Part shown: in pieces, positions 8,773 to 20,057 of the stretch
How positions within the stretch are numbered: position 1 is the stretch's first letter
How the letters are laid out: each line of letters starts with the position of its first letter
Source of the DNA: a virus
Length of the DNA stretch: 64,000 nt
Virus record (IMG/VR): IMGVR_UViG_3300030004_000009
Location: 1-64,000 of that record
Reading direction: 5' to 3' (one strand)
Position numbers and translations under genes: made by a program
Notes under the pieces: generated by a model
What the model was told of the DNA's origin: nothing
Seen by the model: only the letters and a program-made list of their open reading frames with translations
Database searches by the model: none

Positions 8773-9258
8773 ATGGAGACGTTAATGTTCGATGAACTCT
8801 TACCCTATTTAAATGAAGAGTTTTCAAAGGTAGATGAAAAATCAATAAGAGAAGTAGTAAGGCACGGTCTTGCTATGATGGCTTTATTCAAGACAAAAAA
8901 TCATGATCTTTATCTAAATGATACTCATAAAGATACTTATATGTATGTTGGACCAGTAAGTCACAATAGAGAGCGTAGGTATGAGATACATAATAAAAAG
9001 ATTAAGCAAAAGATAAGAATAATGTATGCACTTAAGAAAACACCTTATTCTGGATTTATGTATTTTTGGTTAAATGAGTATGCTTACACTGACTTATTAA
9101 ACGGTCAAACTACACAAAGAATTATACTTTTTAAATGTTTAGAAGAAGCTAAGTTAGTAAAAAATATGCACTATTATAGAATAGCAATGGAAGAGCCTCG
9201 TAGATGGATAATGATAATAGAAGATTTAGATATAAGTACAGCTTTAGAGTTACAATAA
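8773..9258 (+). CDS. hypothetical protein (possibly a divergent IHF/HU-like protein)
   Basis: 161 aa. The N-terminal helix pair LNEEFSKVDEKSIREVVRHGL is reminiscent of HU/IHF; synteny fits. Confidence 0.5.
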   Translation: METLMFDELLPYLNEEFSKVDEKSIREVVRHGLAMMALFKTKNHDLYLNDTHKDTYMYVGPVSHNRERRYEIHNKKIKQKIRIMYALKKTPYSGFMYFWLNEYAYTDLLNGQTTQRIILFKCLEEAKLVKNMHYYRIAMEEPRRWIMIIEDLDISTALELQ

Positions 9259-9260
9259 AT

Positions 9261-12200
9261 ATGAGACAGCGTACACAGAACACTTTTAGTGGAGGAATGA
9301 TAATGGATTTGAATCCACTATCAACTCCAAGAGATGTATTAGTAGATTGTTTAAATGGTACAATCATAACTTATAATGGTACAGAATTTGTACTACAAAA
9401 CGATCAAGGTAACTGTCAAGTAGATAGTGCTCAATTATCTCCTGGTTTTATACCAATGGGGATGAAAGAATATGGTGGTATAGTTTATGTGGCATCATTA
9501 AATCCTCAAACAGGTATGTGTGAGATTGGTTCATTTCCATCTCCACAAGAAGACTTTAGTACTACAGATTATGGTGAAATAGGGCCTGTTAATTTTATAA
9601 CTGCTAATTTTATTGTAGATACTGGTGATGATTCTGTTGCAACAATAACTGATAAGAATTCAAATTTATTTCAACCAGAATTACTTCAACTATCTCCTGG
9701 TGATTTATATGTAGTTACTTACACGATAACTGATCCTAATTCAGCTAATGATGCATTACCTGATAATATTAATAATACCACTAAGTATAATAATTGGATT
9801 TCACAAGATCCAACTAATAGAAAGTTGTTTAGACTCACCTTCTCTAAAATAACATCAAATAATACTCTTACTGCTTTACCGTTTGGTGTAATCAATATAA
9901 TACCCTATCAGTCAGACCTTAGTAGTTCTTATACTTATTATCCTGAACCATCACAAACTACTCTGACAGTAGGTTTAGAGTTAGAGACTCTTGATACTTT
10001 TAACGTATTTGTTGAAGATATTTCACTAAATACAAATTCAGATAAACAGATAAGTATAGTGGCAACAGGTTCTAGTGCTTCTCTTTCAACTTTTAATGGA
10101 GTTAGAGTTATAGTAACTCAACCAAGTAGTCAAACTTTTTTCTTAGATAATACAGCAAACTCTCCTAATGCAGAAGTAAGTGCTATAGTAGATGGTTTAA
10201 CTGAGAATCAAAACTTTCAATGTTCTATAACACCTTACTCACCTTATTGTTTATATCCTAATTTAACTAAGACATTTAATTTAACAATAGGTAAGTATCT
10301 TAGTTCAGGTTCTGGGGTTAATAATATTTTTACATATTATGTAGATACAGTTAATAATGCAATAACACTTAATTTTGATTGGAAGTTTCAAGGTAACTCA
10401 CCAAATGGCTTATTTCTTTATATAGAATTCTATGATCCTTGGTCTGATTATTCAGTTGTACAAACAGTTGATAATCCCTCTTTTTATGGTCTTAATAGTG
10501 TAATTCTACCATTAGTTACTGAACCTTACATTAGTCAATTTGATAGTACAACTACTGGTGGTACACTTCCTAGTTTACTCATAACTAATCCAGATACCAT
10601 TTACGCTAAAACAATGCTTAATTCTACAAATCAAATTAGGATTAATCAAGCACTACGTTTAAATGGTTTTTATATAGTAAGGATTAGTGGAGTAGATACT
10701 GCATATAGTGGTGGAACTTATACTTATACCCATTATGATCTTTATAAAGGGTTATATACTACAGATATGTTTAACAGTGTTTATAATAACCAAGTCTCTC
10801 TTGCAGTTAGTGATCCTTCATATGTATCTGATTTTAACTCTCTAGATTTTGTAATTGGTAATATAAATTATAGTAGTACAATAGCACTCAATAATACACT
10901 TAATATAGCACCTATTGTTACTCAACAACGTACTGATCTAATGACTAATGGTAACTATTATATAGTAAGTCCTACCTCACTTAGTACAACACCTGGTTAT
11001 AAATATACACAAACTTACGAAACTCAAAACACTTATGCAGTAAATTTAACATTACAAGGTTTATCTTATATATTTGGTACATTTAAGACTTCACTATTGA
11101 CAATTACTCCTCCTACACTTGTTGCTAGTAATAGTATGAGTAGTGGAGAGAAACCAACTATAATTGATGTTAATTATAATAGTGATACTAATATTGAACC
11201 TAATAGTGTTGCAAGTTGGACTCTTATAAATACTTCAGGTACTAATTATCTTTTAAACACTGATACAGTTACATCAAGATCAGTTTATTCTCCTGTAGCA
11301 ACGCTTAGTGGTAGTCCTACAGGTATTACATATCAAGAAATTCCATTAGCAGGTTCATTCTCATATAGACCCAATGGTGATAGTATATGGATTACTACAG
11401 CCGGTCCAGCAGCTGGAGCAGCATCTGGTACACTCGCATCTCCAAATGCAACACTTCTTATACAAAAAGAAGAATTACAATGTATGGGTAAGGATGGAAC
11501 TCAATATATTTACACCCTAGGATCAGATCATCCTTATGACGGTAACGTTGTTACAGCTATTAATACAGCTATTAATAGCACAACTTATGGTGATGACGGA
11601 CGTACTTATTCAGCAGTGTTAATGACATCATGTGAACCAACTTGGGGTTATGGATCAGTTAGCGGTCCTACATATAATTCATGTAACGATCATGGAACAA
11701 GTCAGTGGAAAAATACTACTTTAGTAGTAAATATGGCTGATGGTACCTACCGTTTAACTAAAGTTACTGATATAAAAGCTATGGAAGATTTTTTTAATAG
11801 TTTATATGTAACATCAAGTGTATCAAATACCGTATACGTTTATTATCCTAACGCATCAGTTGAATCTAATGATGATATACAAACTAATGTAACATATCCC
11901 GATCTTATATTTACTACAAACTTTACTCCTACTATTGTGAGTATGGCTTATGTAAATACTTATTTATCTACATTTAATTTTCAAGCTCTTAGTGAACCAA
12001 CAGCTGATTTTAGTACTACAAATATAAATAGTTATATAGCAACGAGACAAGGTAGCTCTACAATAGTAGATGGTAGTAACACAATACGTGATGGTTTTAT
12101 TCCATTTATAAATACTTTACAAACTACAACTAGTAATGTAGCAGTTCCAAATCTTACAATTGATCAAACAGCTGATTCAGCTATTATTACATCTTTCTTA

Positions 12201-12503
12201 GCAGGACAAAATCAGTACTTAAGTGATCCAAAATATAGAGAGAATGGAGCTGGAGTTCACACACATGGTACACTATGGTCTAATATACCAGACTATCAAA
12301 CACAATATGTACCTCTTTTACAAGTTAAACCAACACCTGTAACTAATACACCTATTGTTAATACCGGAACAAGTGCAGCCTATGTACAAATAATAGGTTC
12401 TACTCCAATATGGAATTATGGTAAATTTTATAGAGTTGGTGGTTGTAGTAATGGTGTAACAGCACCTAGTTTAATTCCATCTTTTGACGTAACAACACAA
12501 TGA
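9261..12503 (+). CDS. tail stabilisation/muzzle-related protein, N-terminal part
   Basis: QNTFSGGMIMDLNP...CLNGT.ITYNG.EFVLQND.GN start, typical of crAss tail stabilisation (P22 gp10-like) proteins. ATG 9261, 2 nt after the previous stop, is preferred over 9204. Confidence 0.65.
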   Translation: MRQRTQNTFSGGMIMDLNPLSTPRDVLVDCLNGTIITYNGTEFVLQNDQGNCQVDSAQLSPGFIPMGMKEYGGIVYVASLNPQTGMCEIGSFPSPQEDFSTTDYGEIGPVNFITANFIVDTGDDSVATITDKNSNLFQPELLQLSPGDLYVVTYTITDPNSANDALPDNINNTTKYNNWISQDPTNRKLFRLTFSKITSNNTLTALPFGVINIIPYQSDLSSSYTYYPEPSQTTLTVGLELETLDTFNVFVEDISLNTNSDKQISIVATGSSASLSTFNGVRVIVTQPSSQTFFLDNTANSPNAEVSAIVDGLTENQNFQCSITPYSPYCLYPNLTKTFNLTIGKYLSSGSGVNNIFTYYVDTVNNAITLNFDWKFQGNSPNGLFLYIEFYDPWSDYSVVQTVDNPSFYGLNSVILPLVTEPYISQFDSTTTGGTLPSLLITNPDTIYAKTMLNSTNQIRINQALRLNGFYIVRISGVDTAYSGGTYTYTHYDLYKGLYTTDMFNSVYNNQVSLAVSDPSYVSDFNSLDFVIGNINYSSTIALNNTLNIAPIVTQQRTDLMTNGNYYIVSPTSLSTTPGYKYTQTYETQNTYAVNLTLQGLSYIFGTFKTSLLTITPPTLVASNSMSSGEKPTIIDVNYNSDTNIEPNSVASWTLINTSGTNYLLNTDTVTSRSVYSPVATLSGSPTGITYQEIPLAGSFSYRPNGDSIWITTAGPAAGAASGTLASPNATLLIQKEELQCMGKDGTQYIYTLGSDHPYDGNVVTAINTAINSTTYGDDGRTYSAVLMTSCEPTWGYGSVSGPTYNSCNDHGTSQWKNTTLVVNMADGTYRLTKVTDIKAMEDFFNSLYVTSSVSNTVYVYYPNASVESNDDIQTNVTYPDLIFTTNFTPTIVSMAYVNTYLSTFNFQALSEPTADFSTTNINSYIATRQGSSTIVDGSNTIRDGFIPFINTLQTTTSNVAVPNLTIDQTADSAIITSFLAGQNQYLSDPKYRENGAGVHTHGTLWSNIPDYQTQYVPLLQVKPTPVTNTPIVNTGTSAAYVQIIGSTPIWNYGKFYRVGGCSNGVTAPSLIPSFDVTTQ

Positions 12504-15500
12504 CAATAAATCCAAATAGTGGAACAACTCTACTAAGTTCAAAGACATTCTTAGTGTTACCTCAATTTAATATTGATTATCAACTAAGTGCTAAATTATT
12601 CAATCAAGAAGGAGATTTAACATATGAATATAACCCTATTCATAATTTACAGTTAGATACAGGACAACTTACTTACTTTCAGACTAATGAATTAGCATTT
12701 GATTTAAACCATCCAGTTGATATAGAAGTTCAACCTTCATATGATGGTACAGTTAATCTTATTCTTAATGATAATTTAAATCCACCTAAATTAATAAATA
12801 CACGTTTCACTCCTATTGCAGACAATAGATATGAGATAATAGATAGAAGTGGTAATAACGATACTAATATTTATCCTATAGGTAGTATAGCCTCAACTAC
12901 AAGATTATTTAAAACAACAAGTAAAATACCTTATATTGTATTTAATGGTTTAGTTGAAGGTGGTAATCTAATGGCTGGTAATTACACTTTCTATTTTAAA
13001 TATGCTGATGCAGACGGTAATGAGACTGATATAGTAGCAGAAAGTGGTATTATAAGTTGTTACGTTGGAAAACTTAACGATCCTCCATCAACAAGAGGTG
13101 GTATTGCTAATGAAATTACTAACAAGATAGCTAACTTTACTATGAATAATATAGATAGTACCTATGACTATCTAAACATATATTTTACAAGGTCAACTGG
13201 TGATGATAATGATAATAATGTTATCCTTGCTTATAAGATAAGTACTAAAAAAGTTATAACTGGTTCAACTCTTACTATAACTATAACAGGTTTGGAAGAT
13301 ACTATACCAATTGGTATAGAAGACTTAAATATACAGTATAACACTGTAGATGCAGTAGCAACACAAGCTCAAATACAAAATAGACTATTCTTTGGTAATA
13401 TTACAAGACCTACTATAGATTATAAAGACCTTGCTGATTTAGCAATTAGGATATATCCCTCTATAACTAATAACAACAACATTGGTTATATGGATCAAAA
13501 TTATAAAGCTTTAACTTTAGCTAATGGGACTATAGGTTATGAGTATTATGATTCTTTAAATGTCTATAATTATACAGGTTATTGGAATAAAGAAATATAT
13601 CGTTTTGGTGTAGTCTTTATTCTTCCTGATGATTCTTTGTCACCTGTATTTAATGTGCGTGGTAAAGATATGCTTGGAGCTTTTACAAGAAGTGGAACAT
13701 ATGATGAAGATATAGCTAATATGTATACAGATGAACCGCTTTTAGATGGTTCTGGAAATAGACAATATATACCTTATGATGACAATGGATATATAAAAAA
13801 TTCAGCACAAACTTTAGAAAATGCTAATGGTGTATCTAGAATAATTTATGAAAGTGATATTATAAATAAAGATAGTCAGACTGGTATATATCCATTATCG
13901 ATTAGTTTTAATATATCAAGTGAGGTTATGACTGAACTTGCCAAGTACATTAAAGGTTTCTTCTTTGTACGACAAAAGCGTGTTCCTACAATCTTATGTC
14001 AAGCTTTATCAATAGGGGTTGATACTGTATCTTATATACCTACAATTAAAGCAGCTATAGCTGGTAATACCGGTAGTCCTACTACAGCTTATATAGCAGA
14101 AGCGTTTGTTAATAAAAGTACACAAGTTGTACATGATTTTGCATCAAGACTATTGACTTCTACTACTAGTATAATACCTGGAGGTGGTTTGTTATGTCCT
14201 GAAGCTCTTTTACGTTCAGATCTCTATAATGAAGTATTTGTTGGAACTTTATTTAATCTATCGCTTGCATCATTTAGTTCTGCACAAACTAACTTTACAC
14301 AAGATCCTACTACTAACAATCACTTTTATATTGCATCATATCAGAATAATGGAGCATCTACTACTTTACATAATGATGTAAAGCTCACTTTAATTGAAGA
14401 TAATCAACCACTTCGATATTCAGGGACTCAAAGATTTTCAACTAGAGTTGGAATACCAGAAACAGCATGGATATTTAATTGGTTTGCTACTCAAAATAAA
14501 GCGGCACTTGCAACTAATATATTACGTGGTTCGTATACTGGATTTGTTGGTTGTGAAGGTTTTTCTCAAGAATGCGCTACTGTTGATATACATATACCAG
14601 GTTATGATACGTCAGAAATGGAAGCTTATTTTGATGTTAGGTCTAATTCCTTTCATCCTTATTATGCAATATCTGATCGTTATGATCTTAATCTTTTAGG
14701 TACAACTACACCTTATCCTACAATAATAGCACAATCTGATAACTTACAATTTATAGAGTATAGAGGGGATTGCTTTATTAATAATTACACTTGTCGTATG
14801 ACAAGAAACTTTATAGATCCATCTACTCCAATTAACGATGTTATTATTGACCCTCTAACATGGATTAATAACTATACAGGTTATACAGCTTCTGGTGGTT
14901 TAGATGCTACTAAGATAGCTAATATAAACTTAGGTGATGTTAACGCTGTTAAAATAGGTCATTGGGCTACATTTAAATTACAGAGTAATACAAACTTAGC
15001 ATATAGATGTCAAGACGATACATATTCATCAGAGATTGCACTTACAGGTAATTATAGAGGGTTCTTCCCACTTGATGCTATGTCAGTTGGTGGTGAGTCT
15101 AAAATACCTGAATCAACTCTTATTAATATAGGGTATAATACTTCAACATCATCTAAAGTATATATAGAACAACCAAATGTTCCTTATATTAAAAACTTAT
15201 TTGATAATAGAGTAATGTACTCTGATATACATATTAATGATGCTTTTAGAAATGGTTATAGAACTTTTCAAGGTATTTCATATAAAGATATTACACGTCA
15301 ATATGGTGCTATAATGAAACTTCTTGAATGGAGAGGTGATCTTTTGTGTGTTTTTGAACATGGTGTTGGTTTAATTAGTATTAATGAACGAGCTATGACA
15401 CAAACTACAGATGGTCAATCTATCTTCTTAAAAGGTTCTGGTGTTATATCAGAGTTAGTACAACCATTATCTATAGAGTATGGAAGTACATGGAAAGATT

Positions 15501-16792
15501 CAATAATTCAAACACCTAATTATATTTATGGAGTTGATACAGTAGGTAAGAAGATATGGCGTACTAATGGAAGGCAATTTGAACTTATCTCAGACTTTAA
15601 AGTACAATCTTTCCTTAACGCTAACATAACTCTTACAGAAGCTGAAAAGTTTCCATCAGTTGCCCTTTTAAATGTAAAGTCTCATTATAATGCCTTTAAA
15701 CAAGACGTAATGTTCACATATTATGATTGTACTAGAAACAATACTGAAATTTTATGGAACTTATGTTATAATGAGCAATTAGGTAAATGGATAACACGTT
15801 ATTCATGGACTCCTGTAGCTTCTGCTAACATTTATAATATCTTCTTTTCATTTGATAGAGAATCAGCTAAACGTAATGCTTTAATAGGCTATACACTTGC
15901 TTCCTCTCCAACTGCTCAAGGTATTGTATTAAGTGCTGTAGAACTTGGAACTTCTACAGGTTGTACTGTTGGAACTTTATCACTTAAAGGTTATTCTTAT
16001 TATTCTCAGTATACAGCAGTTTATACTATAGATGATACAACACTTGATAATCAATATTTCTCAATAAGTGGAAGTACCCTTACTTTTACTGGTGTAGGTT
16101 CTACATGGACTAAGTATGAATTTCAATTATATGTACGTGTAGGTCTTAATTTAATCGTTGATGATGTCTTAACTGAAGTTCAATACTTTTATGATTACTT
16201 AGCAGTAATAGTAAATAGAAGTACACTTGATTCAGGTGATCAAGCTTTATTTGATACTTATTTTTCTCCTGCGTTTTGGAAACATGGTCAAGCTGGAATA
16301 TTTAATATTGAAACTCCAATATATCCTACAGTATGGTACGGAGTACAACAGCCATTTCAATTCTCTTTTATAGTTGTAGATAATCCTGGAGTTCATAAGA
16401 TATATGACAACTTACAAATTATATCTAATAAAGCAGCACCTAATAGTTTTCAATTTGAAGTTACTGGTGATGCTTATACATTTAAAGGTAGTAATTATAC
16501 ATATAGTAATGGTGCTAATACTTATATTACAACTGTAGGTTCAGATATGGTGACTACAACTCAAACAGGACTTGATCTAGTTACTTATGGTCGTAGACTT
16601 GGTAATATGCAATATAAAGAAGATTTATGGGATGTTGAGATTAAACCTATTTTGATACCTTATACAGACCCTACTACAATTAGACAATCAAGACTTAGAG
16701 ATAAGTATTGTAAAATAACAGTAATCTATTCAGGTGTAGATTTAGCTATAATAACTTCTTTAATAACAATGTATACACAAAGCTATGCGTAA
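12500..16792 (+). CDS. tail stabilisation/muzzle protein (beta-propeller-rich)
   Basis: 1430 aa. Motifs NRLFFGNI, GYW..EIYRFGVVFI....LSPV, YRGDCFI, NRVMYSD, YG.I.KL, RLRDKY.KI. Confidence 0.7.
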   Translation: MTINPNSGTTLLSSKTFLVLPQFNIDYQLSAKLFNQEGDLTYEYNPIHNLQLDTGQLTYFQTNELAFDLNHPVDIEVQPSYDGTVNLILNDNLNPPKLINTRFTPIADNRYEIIDRSGNNDTNIYPIGSIASTTRLFKTTSKIPYIVFNGLVEGGNLMAGNYTFYFKYADADGNETDIVAESGIISCYVGKLNDPPSTRGGIANEITNKIANFTMNNIDSTYDYLNIYFTRSTGDDNDNNVILAYKISTKKVITGSTLTITITGLEDTIPIGIEDLNIQYNTVDAVATQAQIQNRLFFGNITRPTIDYKDLADLAIRIYPSITNNNNIGYMDQNYKALTLANGTIGYEYYDSLNVYNYTGYWNKEIYRFGVVFILPDDSLSPVFNVRGKDMLGAFTRSGTYDEDIANMYTDEPLLDGSGNRQYIPYDDNGYIKNSAQTLENANGVSRIIYESDIINKDSQTGIYPLSISFNISSEVMTELAKYIKGFFFVRQKRVPTILCQALSIGVDTVSYIPTIKAAIAGNTGSPTTAYIAEAFVNKSTQVVHDFASRLLTSTTSIIPGGGLLCPEALLRSDLYNEVFVGTLFNLSLASFSSAQTNFTQDPTTNNHFYIASYQNNGASTTLHNDVKLTLIEDNQPLRYSGTQRFSTRVGIPETAWIFNWFATQNKAALATNILRGSYTGFVGCEGFSQECATVDIHIPGYDTSEMEAYFDVRSNSFHPYYAISDRYDLNLLGTTTPYPTIIAQSDNLQFIEYRGDCFINNYTCRMTRNFIDPSTPINDVIIDPLTWINNYTGYTASGGLDATKIANINLGDVNAVKIGHWATFKLQSNTNLAYRCQDDTYSSEIALTGNYRGFFPLDAMSVGGESKIPESTLINIGYNTSTSSKVYIEQPNVPYIKNLFDNRVMYSDIHINDAFRNGYRTFQGISYKDITRQYGAIMKLLEWRGDLLCVFEHGVGLISINERAMTQTTDGQSIFLKGSGVISELVQPLSIEYGSTWKDSIIQTPNYIYGVDTVGKKIWRTNGRQFELISDFKVQSFLNANITLTEAEKFPSVALLNVKSHYNAFKQDVMFTYYDCTRNNTEILWNLCYNEQLGKWITRYSWTPVASANIYNIFFSFDRESAKRNALIGYTLASSPTAQGIVLSAVELGTSTGCTVGTLSLKGYSYYSQYTAVYTIDDTTLDNQYFSISGSTLTFTGVGSTWTKYEFQLYVRVGLNLIVDDVLTEVQYFYDYLAVIVNRSTLDSGDQALFDTYFSPAFWKHGQAGIFNIETPIYPTVWYGVQQPFQFSFIVVDNPGVHKIYDNLQIISNKAAPNSFQFEVTGDAYTFKGSNYTYSNGANTYITTVGSDMVTTTQTGLDLVTYGRRLGNMQYKEDLWDVEIKPILIPYTDPTTIRQSRLRDKYCKITVIYSGVDLAIITSLITMYTQSYA

Positions 16793-19700
16793 AACAAACT
16801 ATATAAAACTATATGCTGGTGGTGGAATATCAGACTTCTCATCTTGGTTATCTAGTAACTTTGGAGGTGGTCCTAGTGGAGGTGTTCAAACTACTGGTCA
16901 ACAGATGAATAATCAGTTAAATGGTCCTCCAAAAGGTAATCCAGCTGATATCAATGCAACAGATAATGACCCTAATATGCAACAACTAACCAATCCTAAT
17001 GGACAAGGTCAAAGTCAACAACAAATTAATAATGCCATAACTGAACAAGGTGCTAATTCAACACCCTTACAAACTTTAACACCAGGTACAGCAGCTGATA
17101 TAAATGCAGCTAATAAACCAAAATCTAGTTCAAGTGCTTTTGGATGGGGTAAAGGTCCTGGAGGTAGTGCTACAAGTACTATGGACATTTTAGGTGGTGT
17201 AACACAAGGTATAAGTGGTCTTGAAGCTGCTAGTCAACTTCAAGGAGCTCAACGAACCACAATGCAAGGAGATAGTATAGAGAAAGGAGTAGCATCAGGA
17301 CTTAGTGCTTTTGGACCTTGGGGTCAAGTAGCTGGTGCTGCTCTTAATCTTGTAAATGGTATTGGTGGTTCTCTTATGAATACTAATAAGACTGCTCGTA
17401 TGGCTAATGGGTTTACAGTTAATAATGATGTACAACAGTCAGGTAGTTATGGTGGTATTGCTTCAAATGCTGCTACAACTAAATTAGATGGTACTGCTTA
17501 TAGAAAAGCTGGTTTATTTGGGAAGTTAGCAACCAATGTACAAGGACTTCAAAATCAAATAAATACAAGTAATCAACAACAGACTCAAGCAGCAGGTCTA
17601 ATAACTAAAGGTAAACAAGACTTTCAACAACAAGCTGGTTCTACTGATATGTATAACTCACAACGTCAGCAAAGAGACTTTAATACTAATACTTGGAATT
17701 CAGGACAAACTACATTTGGTAAAGAAGGTATGAAATTATTACCTAAAGCTAAAGATGGTATTCATATTAAGAAAGAGAATATAGGTAAATTTATAGCTAC
17801 TAAAAAGAAAACAGGGGAAACTACAGAGGAGTTGACACATTCAAAGAATCCACTTACTCGTAAGAGAGCTCAGTTTGCTCTTAATGCGAAGAGTTTCAAA
17901 CATCAACAAGGTGGTCAATTGTTAGCTTCTAATATGTTTAAACCTGTAGGTGATACTACACTAATAAAATCACAACCTATATTTGCTAATGGTAGGTTTC
18001 CTGACCCGGGAGACCCTTATTGGAAGGATAATCCACTAATTACAGAACATCCAGATGGTACTATAAGATTGTGGGGAGAACCTCTAAAACCTAGGTCTAT
18101 AGATACAACACAAAAAGCACCTATTACTAATCAGCAGTCTTATGACCAGTTAGTACAACAAATAAGGTTAAGACAAGTAACTCCACAACCTATAGTACCT
18201 CATGATCAAACCTCTTATTTTAAAGGGGTTAATCAATGGGGTAACACGTATCCTCCTAAAATGCAACAAGGTGGTCAAATGATGGCACCAGATAATTATC
18301 AATCTAATCAAGGTATGCAAATACCTTATGATTATCAACCTAGACTTGGTGTATCTAAGAATTACATGTCAGGTTACGGTGGAGGTTACTCTACTGCTTT
18401 TAGTTTTGCTAAGGATTCGCCATTTTCACAATTCTTAAGTACACTTGGTGGTGCTCAAAAGACATCTGGTCAGTTTAGTCCAGGATTAGAAAGTACACAA
18501 CAGATGGCTTCAACTTCTACTAGAAATCTTGGTTATATTGATAGTGATGATGTTGACTACTTAAAAGGTCAAAGAGATTCTTTTGATCAATTAATTAAAA
18601 GTCAACCACAACAGCAAGCACCATCAGCTAAAGGTTTAGCTCCTAATTTAGGTGTAAAACCTATTCAAGGAGTTAAAGTGCCAGTAGGAAAGTTAGGTAT
18701 GAAGTTACAACAGGGTGGTACTTTGCTAGATCCTAATAGTTTTAGTAGACCTGTTATGCAGAGAAGTACTATACCTATTCCTAATATAACTTCACCTATT
18801 CTTACCCCACAAAACACAGATAAGATGGCTATCTTATCTAGTAATGTTGGGCCAAACGTTGGGTATCAAGATGGAAGTTATAAGTCTCCACCTCTATCTA
18901 GACCACAGTTAGTAAAGTTAACTGGTAATAATAACTTACCATATGATAGTGGCGATGTTGCTGATTTAAAAGTAAAATATAGTGACTATGATAATAACCT
19001 TTATAATAAATATAAAGCTAATAATACCACTATTCAAGTTAATGATCCTCAATACAATATGAGAGATGGTGAACATGTTAATAAGAGTATGTTAAATGAC
19101 ATAGTTAAGGCTTCTGTGAGAAATAAAGTTGACCCCTATACTGCATTATCTATTGCACAGAGAGAGTCTGGTATAGGTAATGATCAGATGGACTACACTC
19201 CTAGGAATGTATTTTCTAACTGGGCGGAGAATGATCTCGGTAATATACAACTAGATTATAGGGCAGCTACTAAGAATAGTGGTCAGGTCCCCGCTTCTAT
19301 ATATAACAGGATGAATACGTACTTTAATAATCGTACACAGTATCCTTTTCAAAGTGAGATGAAAACTATTAATCAGTTAACTAAAAATGGTACTAATATA
19401 GAGGGATATAATGCAGGAGATCCTAATTATGCTAATAAAGTAGCTAAAGAAAGGCAAGTCTTAATGGAACCTGTTAATGCTCCTTTTAGGAAATATGTGG
19501 ATAGCGTAGCTAATGTAGCACAACATCAATTAGGTGGTTCTATTAATAGTTCAGGTTCTAATACAACTAAAACTTATCAAGAATACTCACATAAGTTAGG
19601 TAAAGCATCTAAAGAAGTTGACCTTAAACGTATGAAGAAGATTAAAAGGAAAGAAACTGGTGGTGTTATAGAACAAGAGTTAACTACTATTACTTGTGGT

Positions 19701-20057
19701 GTTGATTTTATCACTCCGATTATAAGTTATGAAGAAGGTGGCCCTATAAATATAATACCTGATGGTGCTTTTCATTCAAGGAAACATGATTTAAAAGAAA
19801 CTCCTAAACTTGAAGATGCTAATATTACTTTAAAAGGAATACCAGTTATATCAGAAAGTAAGAGTGGGGATGTTGTCCAGTCGGCAGAAATTGAAAGAGA
19901 GGAGCTTATACTACACTACGATTTAACTAAAGAGTTAGAAAAACTACAAAAAGAAGGTACTGATGAAGCTGCATATGAAGCTGGTAAGTTATTAGCTATG
20001 GAGATAGTAAAAAATACTAAGGATAACACTGGAAAGTTTAAATTAAAGAAGAAATGA
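16785..20057 (+). CDS. modular virion cargo protein with xxGG motifs, a basic IHIK domain and an SLT/lysozyme-like domain
   Basis: 1090 aa. SLT-like segment IVKAS....VDPYTALSIAQRESG...YNAGDPNYANKV at about 19090-19445. Basic module GIHIKKENIGKF...RKRAQFALNA. Repeated [KH]xQxGG motifs. Confidence 0.65.
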   Translation: MRKTNYIKLYAGGGISDFSSWLSSNFGGGPSGGVQTTGQQMNNQLNGPPKGNPADINATDNDPNMQQLTNPNGQGQSQQQINNAITEQGANSTPLQTLTPGTAADINAANKPKSSSSAFGWGKGPGGSATSTMDILGGVTQGISGLEAASQLQGAQRTTMQGDSIEKGVASGLSAFGPWGQVAGAALNLVNGIGGSLMNTNKTARMANGFTVNNDVQQSGSYGGIASNAATTKLDGTAYRKAGLFGKLATNVQGLQNQINTSNQQQTQAAGLITKGKQDFQQQAGSTDMYNSQRQQRDFNTNTWNSGQTTFGKEGMKLLPKAKDGIHIKKENIGKFIATKKKTGETTEELTHSKNPLTRKRAQFALNAKSFKHQQGGQLLASNMFKPVGDTTLIKSQPIFANGRFPDPGDPYWKDNPLITEHPDGTIRLWGEPLKPRSIDTTQKAPITNQQSYDQLVQQIRLRQVTPQPIVPHDQTSYFKGVNQWGNTYPPKMQQGGQMMAPDNYQSNQGMQIPYDYQPRLGVSKNYMSGYGGGYSTAFSFAKDSPFSQFLSTLGGAQKTSGQFSPGLESTQQMASTSTRNLGYIDSDDVDYLKGQRDSFDQLIKSQPQQQAPSAKGLAPNLGVKPIQGVKVPVGKLGMKLQQGGTLLDPNSFSRPVMQRSTIPIPNITSPILTPQNTDKMAILSSNVGPNVGYQDGSYKSPPLSRPQLVKLTGNNNLPYDSGDVADLKVKYSDYDNNLYNKYKANNTTIQVNDPQYNMRDGEHVNKSMLNDIVKASVRNKVDPYTALSIAQRESGIGNDQMDYTPRNVFSNWAENDLGNIQLDYRAATKNSGQVPASIYNRMNTYFNNRTQYPFQSEMKTINQLTKNGTNIEGYNAGDPNYANKVAKERQVLMEPVNAPFRKYVDSVANVAQHQLGGSINSSGSNTTKTYQEYSHKLGKASKEVDLKRMKKIKRKETGGVIEQELTTITCGVDFITPIISYEEGGPINIIPDGAFHSRKHDLKETPKLEDANITLKGIPVISESKSGDVVQSAEIEREELILHYDLTKELEKLQKEGTDEAAYEAGKLLAMEIVKNTKDNTGKFKLKKK

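Noticed and set aside
9204-9260. Upstream start for the muzzle-related gene
   Set aside because: It overlaps the previous gene by 55 nt. ATG 9261 follows the stop directly and precedes the conserved NTF.GG motif.
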